A stretch of 64,000 bases of DNA from Candidatus Brocadiia bacterium (lineage in GTDB: Bacteria; Planctomycetota; Brocadiia; CAIUPP01): the NCBI GenBank assembly GCA_050015075.1, contig JBEKCB010000011.1, forward strand, positions 1-64,000, written 5' to 3'. The notes under the pieces were generated by a model. That model was given only the letters and a program-made list of their open reading frames with translations, had not been told where the DNA came from and ran no database searches. A program made the position numbers and the translations under genes. Of the stretch, positions 28,449 to 38,491 are shown one piece after another (the first letter of the stretch is position 1; each line of letters starts with the position of its first letter).

Positions 28449-28655
28449 GAGGAATCTTATGCTCTCCAGGGCGCAGACATGCGAGGTGACGTCGTAGCCC
28501 ACGTCCGAGACCCCGGTTACGACTTTTCTCTCCGCGAGAAGATTTTTCGTTTTTCCGGTTAGGTCAGGCGGCGATTCACACCGCCTCTTTGCAACGCTCT
28601 TTCACCGCATCGGTCGCCCATGTCCAGCGCCAGTTCAGGGCAGCCGAGCAACTAC

Positions 28656-28683
28656 TTGACAGCGGGCAATTCGAGCGTACAAT
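28656..28683 (+). promoter_or_regulatory. sigma70-type promoter
   Basis: TTGACA-N16-TACAAT, bracketed by GAGCAACT/AGTTGCTC inverted repeat. Confidence 0.55.
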
Positions 28684-28747
28684 CTCAGGCTAGAAAAAAA
28701 GAGTTGCTCAGACCCGCGTTTATGTCGGGAGACGCGCCGGTGGAAGA

Positions 28748-29269
28748 TTGAAACCGTCAGCCGAGGAAGAGAGCGAACCGGTTTGGCTTAGTCAGGCTAT
28801 GGATACGCACGCTGCTCTCGGCAAGAACATTTCAGCATTTGTGATTGCAGCAGCAGCCGTGAGTGTGGTCCTGATATGCCTTATGGTGTTTGTGACATCG
28901 GCCTACAACAGCAGGCGACTCGTCCTGATCGGCGCCCTCGTTGGTCTATGGCTCGGCGCCGTCATCGCAGGGGCATTTTGGTCAGTGTTTCGCTCCGCCG
29001 GCGGCAATGGATTCGTAGATGAGGGCGTCGCGCGTGCTCCAGGTTGGTTTGTCACGCGACTGGGGCTGGCTTCGCCGATGGCGTTCGTGAGCGACATTAT
29101 ACGATGGCGGCAACTGACCGCTCTTCTTGCCGCGCAGCGACAATACGCATCGGTCAGAGATTACCTGGATAAAGACAAAGCGCATGTGATCCGCAACCTG
29201 GTTGCGGCGCTGATTTTTTATCTCGGGGTTTCCGCCGTCATTCTCTGCCTGCTGCATCTTTGCCAATGA
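28748..29269 (+). CDS. Hypothetical membrane protein (3-4 TM), AT-richer than its neighbours
   Basis: ORF with hydrophobic segments downstream of a promoter; no recognised family. Confidence 0.55.
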   Translation: MKPSAEEESEPVWLSQAMDTHAALGKNISAFVIAAAAVSVVLICLMVFVTSAYNSRRLVLIGALVGLWLGAVIAGAFWSVFRSAGGNGFVDEGVARAPGWFVTRLGLASPMAFVSDIIRWRQLTALLAAQRQYASVRDYLDKDKAHVIRNLVAALIFYLGVSAVILCLLHLCQ

Positions 29270-29455
29270 TCCTCCGCCTTTCGCGCTTTCGCGTTTTCGC
29301 GGTTCATTGTTGACCTCCTTGCGCGGCGGGGCTAGAATAGGCCGTTCGAGGACGAGGACGAGGACGACGACGAGGACGAGGACGATTGAGGACACGCCCT
29401 GCGTGCCGTTCTTCGTGGTCTTCGTGACCTTCGTGGTGAACAACTCGTTTACCGC

Positions 29456-30298
29456 ATGCCAAAGGCCCGGCCGATGAGGTCCATCGCTCTGACGAATCAG
29501 AAAGGCGGCGTGGGCAAGACCACCTCCGCGGCGAACCTCGGCGCCTGCCTGGCGCTGCTCGGTCGCAAGGTTCTGCTGGTGGATATTGACCCGCAGGCGA
29601 ACCTGAGCGTCCATTTCGGGCTCGACATATATACTGACGCCAAATCGGCTTACGACGTGCTGATCGGCGAGGCGCGCGCGGAGGAAATCGTCCGGCATAC
29701 GCAGACGGCCAACCTCGACCTGATCCCGAGCAACATTGATCTGGCCGGCGCGGAGATCGAGATGGTCGGCGTGGTCGGCCGCGAGACGATCCTGAAGGAG
29801 GCGCTCGCGCCGGTGATGGCCGGCTACGATTACGTGCTGGTGGACTGCCCGCCGTCGCTGGGGCTGCTGACGCTGAACGCGCTGACGACCGTCCGCGAGG
29901 TGTTCATCCCGCTCCAGACGGAGTTCTTCGCGCTGCAGGGGATGACGAAGCTGATGGAGACGATCCGCGTCGTCCGCCGGCGGCTGAATCCGGATTTGCA
30001 GGTCACCGGCATCATCGCCTGCATGTACGACGGCCGGACGAAGCTCGCGCAGGAGGTCTGCGCGAACATCGAGGAGTACTTCCCCGGCAAGATGTTCAGT
30101 TCGGTGATCCACAAGAATGTGAAGCTGGCCGAGTCGCCCAGCCACGGCAAGCCGATCAGCGGCTATGACCGGAACTCGCGCGGCTGCAAGGACTATATGG
30201 CGCTGGCGCGGGAAGTGGATGCGCAAGTTGTGAGCAGCCCGGTTTCCCAATCTCCCAGCGTGCCAGTTGCCAATGAAAGTCCGCGGGAAATTGGGTGA
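29456..30298 (+). CDS. parA: ParA/Soj family ATPase
   Basis: NQKGGVGKTT, VDIDPQAN, DCPPSLGLLTLNAL, LAESPSHGKPI; promoter TTGACC-N17-TAGAAT at 29310-29338; alternative start 29474. Confidence 0.93.
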   Translation: MPKARPMRSIALTNQKGGVGKTTSAANLGACLALLGRKVLLVDIDPQANLSVHFGLDIYTDAKSAYDVLIGEARAEEIVRHTQTANLDLIPSNIDLAGAEIEMVGVVGRETILKEALAPVMAGYDYVLVDCPPSLGLLTLNALTTVREVFIPLQTEFFALQGMTKLMETIRVVRRRLNPDLQVTGIIACMYDGRTKLAQEVCANIEEYFPGKMFSSVIHKNVKLAESPSHGKPISGYDRNSRGCKDYMALAREVDAQVVSSPVSQSPSVPVANESPREIG

Positions 30299-30325
30299 TT
30301 GCGGAGCGGGCTGACGAGTGAACGC

Positions 30326-30408
30326 ATCGTACTCGTCCTCGTCGTCCTCGTCCTCGAATGGTTGTTCTGAACAGCCGAGGACGAGGACGAGAGCGAGGAC
30401 GAGGACGA
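30326..30408. repeat. Inverted hexamer arrays (GTCCTC)n / (GAGGAC)n
   Basis: Direct inspection. Confidence 0.85.
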
Positions 30409-30442
30409 TTAATCGCGCAACCGGTTTCAGTGGCGAGAGAAT

Positions 30443-31438
30443 ATGACTGAAAAGCCATCCGATGATCTGGCCTTCGCCCGCGCGGTGATCGGGTCGGAGG
30501 TGCGCGCGCTGCAGGGTCTGTCGCAGCGGCTGGGCGGCGAGTTCGGCGCTGCGGTGGAGTTGCTGCTCGCGTGCAGCGGGCGCGTGGTCGTGACCGGCAT
30601 GGGCAAGGCCGGGCTGATCGGACAGAAAATCTCCGCCACGCTCGCCAGCACGGGCACGCCTTCGTACTCGCTCCATCCGGTGGACGCGATCCACGGCGAC
30701 CTGGGGCGGATCGTCGAGGGCGACGTGGTCCTGGCGCTCTCGAACAGCGGCGAGACGGAGGTCGTGCAGGTGCTCAAGGCGGTGAAGCGGATGGGCGCGA
30801 AGGTGATCGCCGTGACCGGCAACCCGAAGAGCACGCTGGGGCGGCAGGCGGACGTGGTGCTCGACATCGGCGCGATCGAGGAGGCCTGCCCGCTCGGCCT
30901 GGCGCCGTCGGCGAGCACGACGGCGATGCTGGCGCTGGGCGACGCGCTGGCGCTGGCGGTGGCGAACCGGCGGAACTTCGACAAGGAGCGGTTCGCGCTC
31001 TACCATCCCGGCGGCGAACTCGGGCGCAAGCTGATGAAGGTCGAGGAGGTGATGCGCGGGCTGGACCAGTGCGCGGTGGTGCTCGCGAGCCTGACGGTGA
31101 GCGAGGCGCTCGAACAGGTCAACCGCGTGCCCGGCCGCGCCGGCGCCGCCTGCGTCACCGACGCGTCCGGGCGGATGATCGGCATTTTCACCGACGGCGA
31201 CCTGCGTCGCCGCGTGCCCCGGGACACCGCGTTTCTCACCGCGCCGATCTCGGAGGTGATGACGCGCAACCCGAAATCCATCCCGCTCGGCAGCCTCGCG
31301 CTCGAGGCCGCCCGCATCCTGAAGAAGCACAAGATTGACGAACTGCCCATCGTGGATTCCCACGGCAAGCTCTGCGGGATGCTGGACGTCCAGGACCTTC
31401 TCGAAGTGGGACTGATGCCGCTGGACGCGGAAAAGTGA
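30443..31438 (+). CDS. kdsD: Arabinose-5-phosphate isomerase KdsD/KpsF (SIS + CBS)
   Basis: TGMGKAG, ASTGTP, HGDLG, SNSGET, EACPLGLAPSAS, HPGG, GIFTDGDLRR. Confidence 0.95.
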   Translation: MTEKPSDDLAFARAVIGSEVRALQGLSQRLGGEFGAAVELLLACSGRVVVTGMGKAGLIGQKISATLASTGTPSYSLHPVDAIHGDLGRIVEGDVVLALSNSGETEVVQVLKAVKRMGAKVIAVTGNPKSTLGRQADVVLDIGAIEEACPLGLAPSASTTAMLALGDALALAVANRRNFDKERFALYHPGGELGRKLMKVEEVMRGLDQCAVVLASLTVSEALEQVNRVPGRAGAACVTDASGRMIGIFTDGDLRRRVPRDTAFLTAPISEVMTRNPKSIPLGSLALEAARILKKHKIDELPIVDSHGKLCGMLDVQDLLEVGLMPLDAEK

Positions 31439-31478
31439 CGTGAATGCCGATTGCCGATTGCCGAATGCCGAATGACTG

Positions 31479-32033
31479 ATGATGAAAGAAAAGACCACGC
31501 CGAAAAATCATAGGAACCTGAGCGAGCGAATCCGCCGCGTGAAGCTCGTGGTCTTCGATGCGGACGGCGTGCTGACCGACGGCACGATCTACCTGCTGCC
31601 GGACGGGCGCGAGCTGAAGGCGTTCAACGCGCTCGACGGCACGGGGATCAAGTACCTCGAGCGCGCCGGCATCGCCACGGCGATCCTCTCGGGCCGGCGG
31701 TCGGCGGCCGTGAACCACCGCGCGCGCGAGGTGGGCACGCGCTACGTGCTGCAGGGTTACAAGCGCAAGCTCGCCGGGCTGGCGAAGCTGGCGCGGCTGA
31801 CGAAGGTCCCGCCGGAGCGCATGTGCTTCGTCGGCGACGACCTGCCGGATATTCCGGTGATGGAGAAGGTCGGCTTCGCCGTCGCGGTGGCCGGGGCGCG
31901 GCCCGAGGTGATTCGCGCGGCGCACTGGGTGACTGAGCGGGGCGGCGGCCGCGGGGCGGCGCGCGAAGTGGCCGAGAAGATTCTCAAGGCGCAACGCAAA
32001 TGGCGCCCGATCATCGCGCGGTACGGACTTTGA
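31479..32033 (+). CDS. kdsC: KDO 8-phosphate phosphatase (HAD)
   Basis: VFDADGVLTDG, VGDDLPD, GGRGAARE. Confidence 0.93.
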   Translation: MMKEKTTPKNHRNLSERIRRVKLVVFDADGVLTDGTIYLLPDGRELKAFNALDGTGIKYLERAGIATAILSGRRSAAVNHRAREVGTRYVLQGYKRKLAGLAKLARLTKVPPERMCFVGDDLPDIPVMEKVGFAVAVAGARPEVIRAAHWVTERGGGRGAAREVAEKILKAQRKWRPIIARYGL

Positions 32034-32103
32034 AGGAGGCAGGAAGTTTGAATGATGAGTGATGAAGTGCTTTATCATTCCTCATTCATACTTCTGACTT
32101 GAC

Positions 32104-34278
32104 ATGAAGCTTCGCCGCGCGCTGCTGGCGTTCATCGTCCTCGCCGGCTTCCTCGTGCTCGTCCTGGGAGTCACCGGAGTCCTCTCGCCCAAAAGGCCGG
32201 AACCCGTCGTTTCGAAGACCGGCAACGAGGGCGGGCGCAGGGAGGATACGATAGATGATTTCGAGATCAAGGGAGACGCCTGGCTTCTGAAGGCCGACCA
32301 GGCGCGCCCGAAGGAGGGCGGCGGGTACGAGCTCATCAAGCCCTCGCTGGAACTGAAGCAGACCGTCGCCGCGGGAGAAGAGCGCCTGTCGGTGCAGGCC
32401 AGCGAAGGCACGCTGCAAATGGAGCCGGAGAAGCACGTGCGGATGTCCGGCGGCGTGCATATGGAGTTCGTCGGCGTGGAGAAGATCACGATGACCACGC
32501 CATCGGTCGAGGTGGCGCCGGACGAGGCGACCGGGCGCACGGCGGATGAGGTCGAGATGGTCGTGGACGCCAAGGAAGGCCGGCAGCACATCTGGGGCAA
32601 AGGCGCGGAATTCATCTCGAAGCAGCGGCTGAGCGTGGTCTCCGAGAATATCCGCATGGAACTTTCCGGCGCCGGGAGCGATATTTTCCCGCAGGCCGCC
32701 ACGGCGGGCAAGGCCGCCCCGGCGGAGGCGCCGGTGACGAAGATCGAATGCCGAGGCCCGGCGACGGCGGACGGGTTCAAGCGGACGGCGGACCTGAAGG
32801 GCGACGTGCACATTCACCAGGGCGAGAACACGCTGCGCGCCGACCACGTCGAGGTGCAGTTCGCCGAGAACAGCCGCGCGCCCGAGCGCTTCGTCGCCGA
32901 GGGCGGGGTGACCTTCAACGCCGCCGGCGCCGACGGCTCCTGTGACCGGCTGGAGCGCAGCGCGCTGGAGGACCAGCTTCTGCTCGACGGCCGGCCCGCG
33001 CGCGTCCATCGCGGCCCGAACGAAATCGAGGCGACGCGGATCGAGTTGAGCGGCCAGAAGGGCGTGATCACCGTGCCGGTCCCCGGAAAACTCAGGCTCG
33101 CCGCGGAGCAGGCGGCCCAGCCCGCGGAGCCGATTGACGTGAAATGGTCGCGGACGCTCCATCTCGATCCCGACGAGCACCGGGCGCTGTTCCTGGGCGA
33201 CGTGCGCTTCGCGCGCGGTGATCAGACGATCGAGTGCCAGACGCTCTCGGTGAAACTCGATTCGCAGAACCAGCGGATTCTCGAATGCAAGGCCGACACC
33301 GACGTGCGTATGGCGGCGCGGATGCAGGGGGCCGCCGGGCAGGAATCGGTGAACGCGCAGGCCAAGGAACTGACCTACGACCCGGAGAAGAACTCCCTGA
33401 TCCTCTCCGGCGGCGCGGCGCTGCAGCAGGGGCAACGGACGATCCGCGGCGAACGCATGGAGATTCATCCGGCGGACGCCGAAATCGCCGTCGCCGGCAA
33501 GGGCGTCCTCGAAGGCCAGGCGGAGAACGATTCCGAGGGGTTCAGCATCACGTGGGAGCGCGAGATGCGGTTCAGCCGCGCGACGCAAAGCGCGGTCTTC
33601 GAGGGCAGCGTGGGCCTGAAGTACGGCGCCGAGACGCTGCGCGCCGAGAGCCTGACCGCGCAGTTGAGCGAGAATGCGCTGAAAGGATTCAAGGCGACCG
33701 GCGGCGTGTACCTCGCGGAGAAGTCCGGCCGCACGTTGAAGGCCGACAGCCTGTCCGCCGACATCGGCGCGGACCGGAAACCCCAGGGGCTCGACGCCAC
33801 CGGACACGTGGCGATCCAGGAAGAAGTTCCAGCGGAGCACCTCACGCGGACGCTGACGGCGGACCGGGTGATATCGGCGATGGACGAGAAGACGAAGCTC
33901 CAGGAATACAAAGCGATCGGCCATGCGGCGCTCCGCGAGGACGCCGGGTCGGCCGGCGTCCGAACGATGCGGGCGGAGCAGATGACCGCGAAAGTGGGCG
34001 CGGAGAACCAACTGGAGGCGTTCGACGCGGTGGGGCGGCCGGTGATCGTCGAGGAGGAAGGGCGCGTGGCGCGCGGCGACCGGCTGACGTGGGACGCGCA
34101 GCGCGACTCGGGCACGCTGTTCGGGTCGCCGGTCGAACTGCGGATGGGACTGAGCCGCCTCTTCGGCGACCGACTGGAATTCGCCCCGAAACGCGGCGCG
34201 ATCACCGTCATCAGCAACCGCCGGGTCGAAGCCACCGTGACCGGCGGTGCGCCCGGCACCACGAACCTGCTGCCCTAG
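32104..34278 (+). CDS. Long LptC/LptA (OstA-like, repeated beta-jellyroll) LPS-transport protein
   Basis: N-terminal TM; repeated segments such as GDVHIHQGENTLRADHV, GDVRFARGDQTI, GGAALQQGQRTIRGERM; follows kdsD-kdsC. Confidence 0.72.
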   Translation: MKLRRALLAFIVLAGFLVLVLGVTGVLSPKRPEPVVSKTGNEGGRREDTIDDFEIKGDAWLLKADQARPKEGGGYELIKPSLELKQTVAAGEERLSVQASEGTLQMEPEKHVRMSGGVHMEFVGVEKITMTTPSVEVAPDEATGRTADEVEMVVDAKEGRQHIWGKGAEFISKQRLSVVSENIRMELSGAGSDIFPQAATAGKAAPAEAPVTKIECRGPATADGFKRTADLKGDVHIHQGENTLRADHVEVQFAENSRAPERFVAEGGVTFNAAGADGSCDRLERSALEDQLLLDGRPARVHRGPNEIEATRIELSGQKGVITVPVPGKLRLAAEQAAQPAEPIDVKWSRTLHLDPDEHRALFLGDVRFARGDQTIECQTLSVKLDSQNQRILECKADTDVRMAARMQGAAGQESVNAQAKELTYDPEKNSLILSGGAALQQGQRTIRGERMEIHPADAEIAVAGKGVLEGQAENDSEGFSITWEREMRFSRATQSAVFEGSVGLKYGAETLRAESLTAQLSENALKGFKATGGVYLAEKSGRTLKADSLSADIGADRKPQGLDATGHVAIQEEVPAEHLTRTLTADRVISAMDEKTKLQEYKAIGHAALREDAGSAGVRTMRAEQMTAKVGAENQLEAFDAVGRPVIVEEEGRVARGDRLTWDAQRDSGTLFGSPVELRMGLSRLFGDRLEFAPKRGAITVISNRRVEATVTGGAPGTTNLLP

Positions 34279-34425
34279 GCTCGGCTGATTTCCAAATTCC
34301 AATCCGCCTTCGCCCCTTCGGCTGCGCTCAGGGCTACGGCGGACAAGTTTCCAATATCCAGTGAACGACCGCCGCTGAACTCCGGCGGCTCGTCGGAAAT
34401 CGGATATTGGGCTCTTGAAATCGGG

Positions 34426-35676
34426 TTACTGCGGCGCTTTCGCAGGCGCAGTCGGCGCTGCGGCCGGCGCGGTAGCCGGCGCGGTCGGCGCTACAGACGG
34501 CGCGGTTTCCGGCGCGGTCGGCCCGGTCAGCGCGGCCTTTCGGGCCGCTTCCCTAGCTGCTTCGCGGACGACGATGGCGGCGCGGTCGCCCATGGCCAGC
34601 ACGCCGCCGGTCTTGTCGACCGCGTAGAAGATGCCGCCCTCGGCCGGCCCGGTGAAGAGAACGTACTGGTCAGCGGTCATTTCGGAAATCACTTTTCCGG
34701 TGGCGACGTCGGCCATGCCGATCACGTTCGTGTCTTTGTCCTTGCGCAGGAAAATGAGGTGCTCGGGCGTGGTGGTCAGCAGGCGGTCGCCCGGGATGGT
34801 CCAGAGGTCCTTTTGCGCGTTGATATCCACGGCATGGATGAGCTTCTCGGTAGTGGCGGCGTAGACGCGCGAGCCGATGACCACCGGGGTCGTGAGCACC
34901 GGCGCGCTGAGAGAGAGCCTCCATCGAACGTCGCCGATCAACGCGTTGATCGCGTAGAGATAAAAGTCAGACGAGCCGATATAAACGACGTCGCCGGCCA
35001 GCGCGGGACCCGATAAGGATTGCCGCGAGAACGGGTGCTGCCAGGTGAGTTCCTGCGCCGTGATGGTCACGCCGTACAGGATGCCCCGGGTGGTCGTGAA
35101 AAACATCATGCTGCCGCCATTCCAGGTGCTGCCGTTGGGCTGGCCGTCCATGGCCGCGCGCCAGGTCCTCGCTCCCTGGTCCACGGTGACGGCGTAGATA
35201 TACTGATCTCCCGAGGCAAAGACGCAGTACCGCTCCGTGGGATAGGCCGGCGTGAAGAAGCTGAAGCGCGGCCTCACGCGGGTCAACTCGTCGCCGGTGG
35301 CCGGGTTGAGGGTCACCAGCCGGCCGCCTTCGACCAGGTAGAGGACCTTGTCGAACTCGATCGGCGGGAACTCCGCCGGCAGCACTCCGGGATGCATCCA
35401 TTTCGAGAGGCCGGTTTCCGTCTCGATCGCTTCGAGGCCGCGCGGCCCGCCGGCGAGGTAGAGCGTCGGGCCGTCCACGGAGGCGAGGATGATTTTCTCG
35501 AACGCGCCGCCCGGCTTCTGCCAGAGCCGGACGAAAGCGCGCTCCGGCGAGAGCGTCGCCGCGGCGCCGGGCTTCGCGGGCACGTCCGCGGCGGCGGTCC
35601 GCACCGCGCCGGAAAGAACGCCGGACATGAGAAGGCTGAGCGAAACGCACGCGACCGTCAGAAGAGTTTTACGCAT
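34426..35676 (-). CDS. PQQ-like beta-propeller repeat protein (BamB-like), secreted
   Basis: Signal peptide; VYIGSSDFYLYAINALIGDVRW repeats; Ala/Pro tail. Confidence 0.82.
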   Translation of the reverse strand: MRKTLLTVACVSLSLLMSGVLSGAVRTAAADVPAKPGAAATLSPERAFVRLWQKPGGAFEKIILASVDGPTLYLAGGPRGLEAIETETGLSKWMHPGVLPAEFPPIEFDKVLYLVEGGRLVTLNPATGDELTRVRPRFSFFTPAYPTERYCVFASGDQYIYAVTVDQGARTWRAAMDGQPNGSTWNGGSMMFFTTTRGILYGVTITAQELTWQHPFSRQSLSGPALAGDVVYIGSSDFYLYAINALIGDVRWRLSLSAPVLTTPVVIGSRVYAATTEKLIHAVDINAQKDLWTIPGDRLLTTTPEHLIFLRKDKDTNVIGMADVATGKVISEMTADQYVLFTGPAEGGIFYAVDKTGGVLAMGDRAAIVVREAAREAARKAALTGPTAPETAPSVAPTAPATAPAAAPTAPAKAPQ

Positions 35677-35927
35677 GGCGGGGTTCCACCTCCGCTGAAT
35701 CCCGCTTGCGCGGGACCGGTATCCATCTCCAAGGACCGAAACGACGCCGCATTATAGACGCCTCATGCCGCCGGTTTCAAGGGGGGATGAAGATTTCCCG
35801 CGAGCCGGTCGCGAAAGCGGCGCCGTCGCCGGGCGCCGTGCGCGGGGCCCGGACGTTTGACAACACCGGCGCGCCGCTGATATTCTGCATGGAGCGCGTG
35901 TTGCGGTTCTCTCGACTGGACGGCCCA

Positions 35928-36782
35928 ATGCTCAATCCCGACGACCTTTCCATGATGACGGAGCAGGAGAAGCTCGACCTGCTCCGGCAGATCGGCGAAG
36001 CGGAGGAATGCCAGGACTGCTTCGAGCCGATCTACCGGCGGCTGCTGGAGGACGAGAGTCCCCAGGTGCGGCAGGAAGCGGTGGCGGCGCTGTGGGACCT
36101 GGCCGATCCGCGGCACGTCGAGCCGCTGATGCGCATGGCCGAGGGCGACCCCGACGACGAGGTCCGCGCGAAGGCCGCCAGCGTGCTGGGCATCTACATC
36201 TACGAGGCCGTGGTGGACGGCTCGCTCGACGAGCCGCGCTACCTGAGCGTGCGCAGTTTCCTCCTCGACCTGGCCCAGAACCCGCGGGAGAACCTCCTCG
36301 TGCGCCGCATGGCCCTCGAGGCGCTCAGCTTCGACGCCGACGAGACCGTGCACGACCTGATTGACTGGGCGTACCGGCATCCGGCCGTCGAGGTGAGGAT
36401 GACGGCGCTTTTCGCCATGGGCCGCTCGCGCAGCGCGCGCTGGACGGAGTCCATCCTGGCGGAGCTCGATTCGCCCGAGCGCCAGTTGCAGCTCGAGGCG
36501 ATCAACGCGGCCGCCGAAGCCGGACTCGGCATCGCCACCCCGAAACTCCGCAACCTGGCCGTGAACAAGGACCGCGAAATCCGGCTGGCCGCCATCTGGT
36601 CGCTGGCGAACACGCGCGGCCCGGGCGCGCTCGAGACGCTGGAGATGTGCGCGCAGTCCGAGGATGAGGAAATCCGCGACGCCGCCGGCGACGCGCTCGA
36701 CGAGTTCTACCACGCCTCGCGCGCCGACGATGAAGAGGCCGACGATTACGGGCAGTCGGACGATGAGACCGAGGAAGAGTAA
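35928..36782 (+). CDS. HEAT-repeat protein with acidic tail
   Basis: LLEDESPQVRQEAVAAL, DPDDEVRAKAASVLG, IRLAAIWSL repeats; promoter TTGACA-N18-TATTCT at 35857-35886. Confidence 0.85.
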   Translation: MLNPDDLSMMTEQEKLDLLRQIGEAEECQDCFEPIYRRLLEDESPQVRQEAVAALWDLADPRHVEPLMRMAEGDPDDEVRAKAASVLGIYIYEAVVDGSLDEPRYLSVRSFLLDLAQNPRENLLVRRMALEALSFDADETVHDLIDWAYRHPAVEVRMTALFAMGRSRSARWTESILAELDSPERQLQLEAINAAAEAGLGIATPKLRNLAVNKDREIRLAAIWSLANTRGPGALETLEMCAQSEDEEIRDAAGDALDEFYHASRADDEEADDYGQSDDETEEE

Positions 36783-36861
36783 TTGCCGAATGCCGATTGC
36801 CGATTGCCGAATGCTTAATGACGAATGACGGCTAATTGGATGATGCGCTTGGAGTGCGGCT

Positions 36862-37233
36862 ATGGATTGTCCTCGCTGTCACCGACCGCTGAACAAGACG
36901 CCGGTTGACGAAGTGGTGTTCGACCGCTGCGGCGTGTGCGGCGGGCTGTGGCTGGAGTTCGCTCAACTCGACGACGTGCTCGCGCGCGAATCGCACTCGC
37001 TGCACGACCTGCTGCCGAAGGACGTCCTCGCTGTCCCTGACGACGGCGCGCCGCCGGCCTGTCCGCGCTGCAGCGCCGCACTGATCCGCATGCGCGCCTC
37101 GCCCGAGCCGCTGATCTATTACGCCTGTCTCGGCTGCTACGGCCGCTGGCTCGACGGCAACCAGATCGAGCGAATCGTCGGCCGCCCGCTCGCCGCCAAA
37201 TTCGACAAACTCTTCCAGAGACTCTTTGATTGA
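36862..37233 (+). CDS. Double zf-TFIIB-type zinc-ribbon protein
   Basis: Two modules CPRC...DRCGVCGGLWL and CPRC...CLGCYGRWLD. Confidence 0.85.
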   Translation: MDCPRCHRPLNKTPVDEVVFDRCGVCGGLWLEFAQLDDVLARESHSLHDLLPKDVLAVPDDGAPPACPRCSAALIRMRASPEPLIYYACLGCYGRWLDGNQIERIVGRPLAAKFDKLFQRLFD

Positions 37234-37245
37234 GCGAATTGCTGC

Positions 37246-37302
37246 GCTTGTAGTGGCGCCGTAATGCGCTATTTCGTATGCCCTGACGGGCACACTACAA
37301 GC
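37246..37302 (+). repeat. 57-bp GTAG-family REP doublet (REPIN-like), copy 1
   Basis: GCTTGTAGTGGCGCCG...CGGGCACACTACAAGC; copies at 42444-42500 and 53663-53719. Confidence 0.85.
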
Positions 37303-37306
37303 GGCG

Positions 37307-38491
37307 TCAACTGGAACTTGGAACTTGGAAATCGGTCATCGCGCTCAAGAGCATGTCGCGGCCCACCGGAGTCCAGACGGCGTCCCGGAGTTTCATCGCG
37401 TCGGCGGGCGAGGGAATCCCTTTTCCGCCGATGGGGCCCGGCGCGGCGGCGCCGCCGAAGAGTTTCGGGGCGATGAAGATGCGGACTTCGTCCACGAGGC
37501 GGTGGTCGAAGAAATCGGCCAGGACGCCCGCGCCGCCCTCGACCATGAGGTTGGTGATCCGCTCGGCGCCGAGCGCGCGCAGGAGTTGTTCCGCATCCAC
37601 GCGCCCGCGCGCGCCACGGAGCGGCAGGACGCGGCAGCCGGCGCCGGTGAGCCGCCGCCGGCGCGCCGGGGGAACTGAGGCGAGGCAGGCGATGAGCAAC
37701 GGCGCCTCGCGGGCGGTGGCGACGAGCCGGCTGGTCAACGGAATTCTCGCCTCGGCGTCGAGCACGATGCGCAGCGGATTGCGCGCTTCGGTGACGCGGT
37801 CCTTCGACAATTGTTCAGGGCCGCCCTGAGCGAACTCGAATGGGCGGCAGGTGAGCAGCGGGTCGTCGCGCAGGACCGTGCCGATGCCGACGAGGACGGC
37901 GTCGGCCTGGTTGCGCCATCGGTGGACGAGATCCCTGGAGGCGTCCGAGGAGATCCATCGGGACTCGCCGGTGACGGTGGCGATTTTGCCATCGGCGGTC
38001 ATGGCCCACTTGGCGATGACGTAGGGCATGCCGCGCGCGCGCAGCTTGAGGAACGGCGCGATCATCCGCAGGCACTCCTTCTCGAGCACGCCGGTCACGA
38101 CGGCGATTCCGGCGGCTTCGAGGCGGGGAACGGCGCTCTGCTGCGTCGGGTCGCCGGCGCCGATGACGACTCGGCGGAAGCCGGCTTTCAGGACGGCGTC
38201 GCAGCAGGGCGGGGTCTTCTTGCTGAGGCCGGTGCACGGTTCGAGCGTGACGTAAAGCGTCGCGCCCCGGCAGGCGCCGGCGGCCGCATCCATCGCGCGG
38301 ATTTCAGCGTGCGGACCGCCGAAGCGCTCGTGGAAGCCTTCGCCGACGAGCTTGCCACGGCGCACGATGACCGCGCCGACCGGCGGGTTCGGCTCCGCGC
38401 GCCCGCGGCCTTGGGCCGCCAGTTCCAGCGCCCGCCGCATCCAGCGGACGTCGCCGGCGCTCGCGGCCTGGTTTTGTTCTTTACTCCGCAT
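37307..38491 (-). CDS. ribD: Bifunctional riboflavin deaminase/reductase RibD
   Basis: PNPPVG, HAE, LYVTLEPC..TPPC, KWAMTADGKIA, DDPLLT, VEGG. Confidence 0.96.
   Translation of the reverse strand: MRSKEQNQAASAGDVRWMRRALELAAQGRGRAEPNPPVGAVIVRRGKLVGEGFHERFGGPHAEIRAMDAAAGACRGATLYVTLEPCTGLSKKTPPCCDAVLKAGFRRVVIGAGDPTQQSAVPRLEAAGIAVVTGVLEKECLRMIAPFLKLRARGMPYVIAKWAMTADGKIATVTGESRWISSDASRDLVHRWRNQADAVLVGIGTVLRDDPLLTCRPFEFAQGGPEQLSKDRVTEARNPLRIVLDAEARIPLTSRLVATAREAPLLIACLASVPPARRRRLTGAGCRVLPLRGARGRVDAEQLLRALGAERITNLMVEGGAGVLADFFDHRLVDEVRIFIAPKLFGGAAAPGPIGGKGIPSPADAMKLRDAVWTPVGRDMLLSAMTDFQVPSSS

Noticed and set aside
27910-28562. Small ORFs in the WYL upstream region
   Set aside because: Translations consist of repeat-derived peptides (QIGFVFSN, LDSRLRGND); no convincing gene signals
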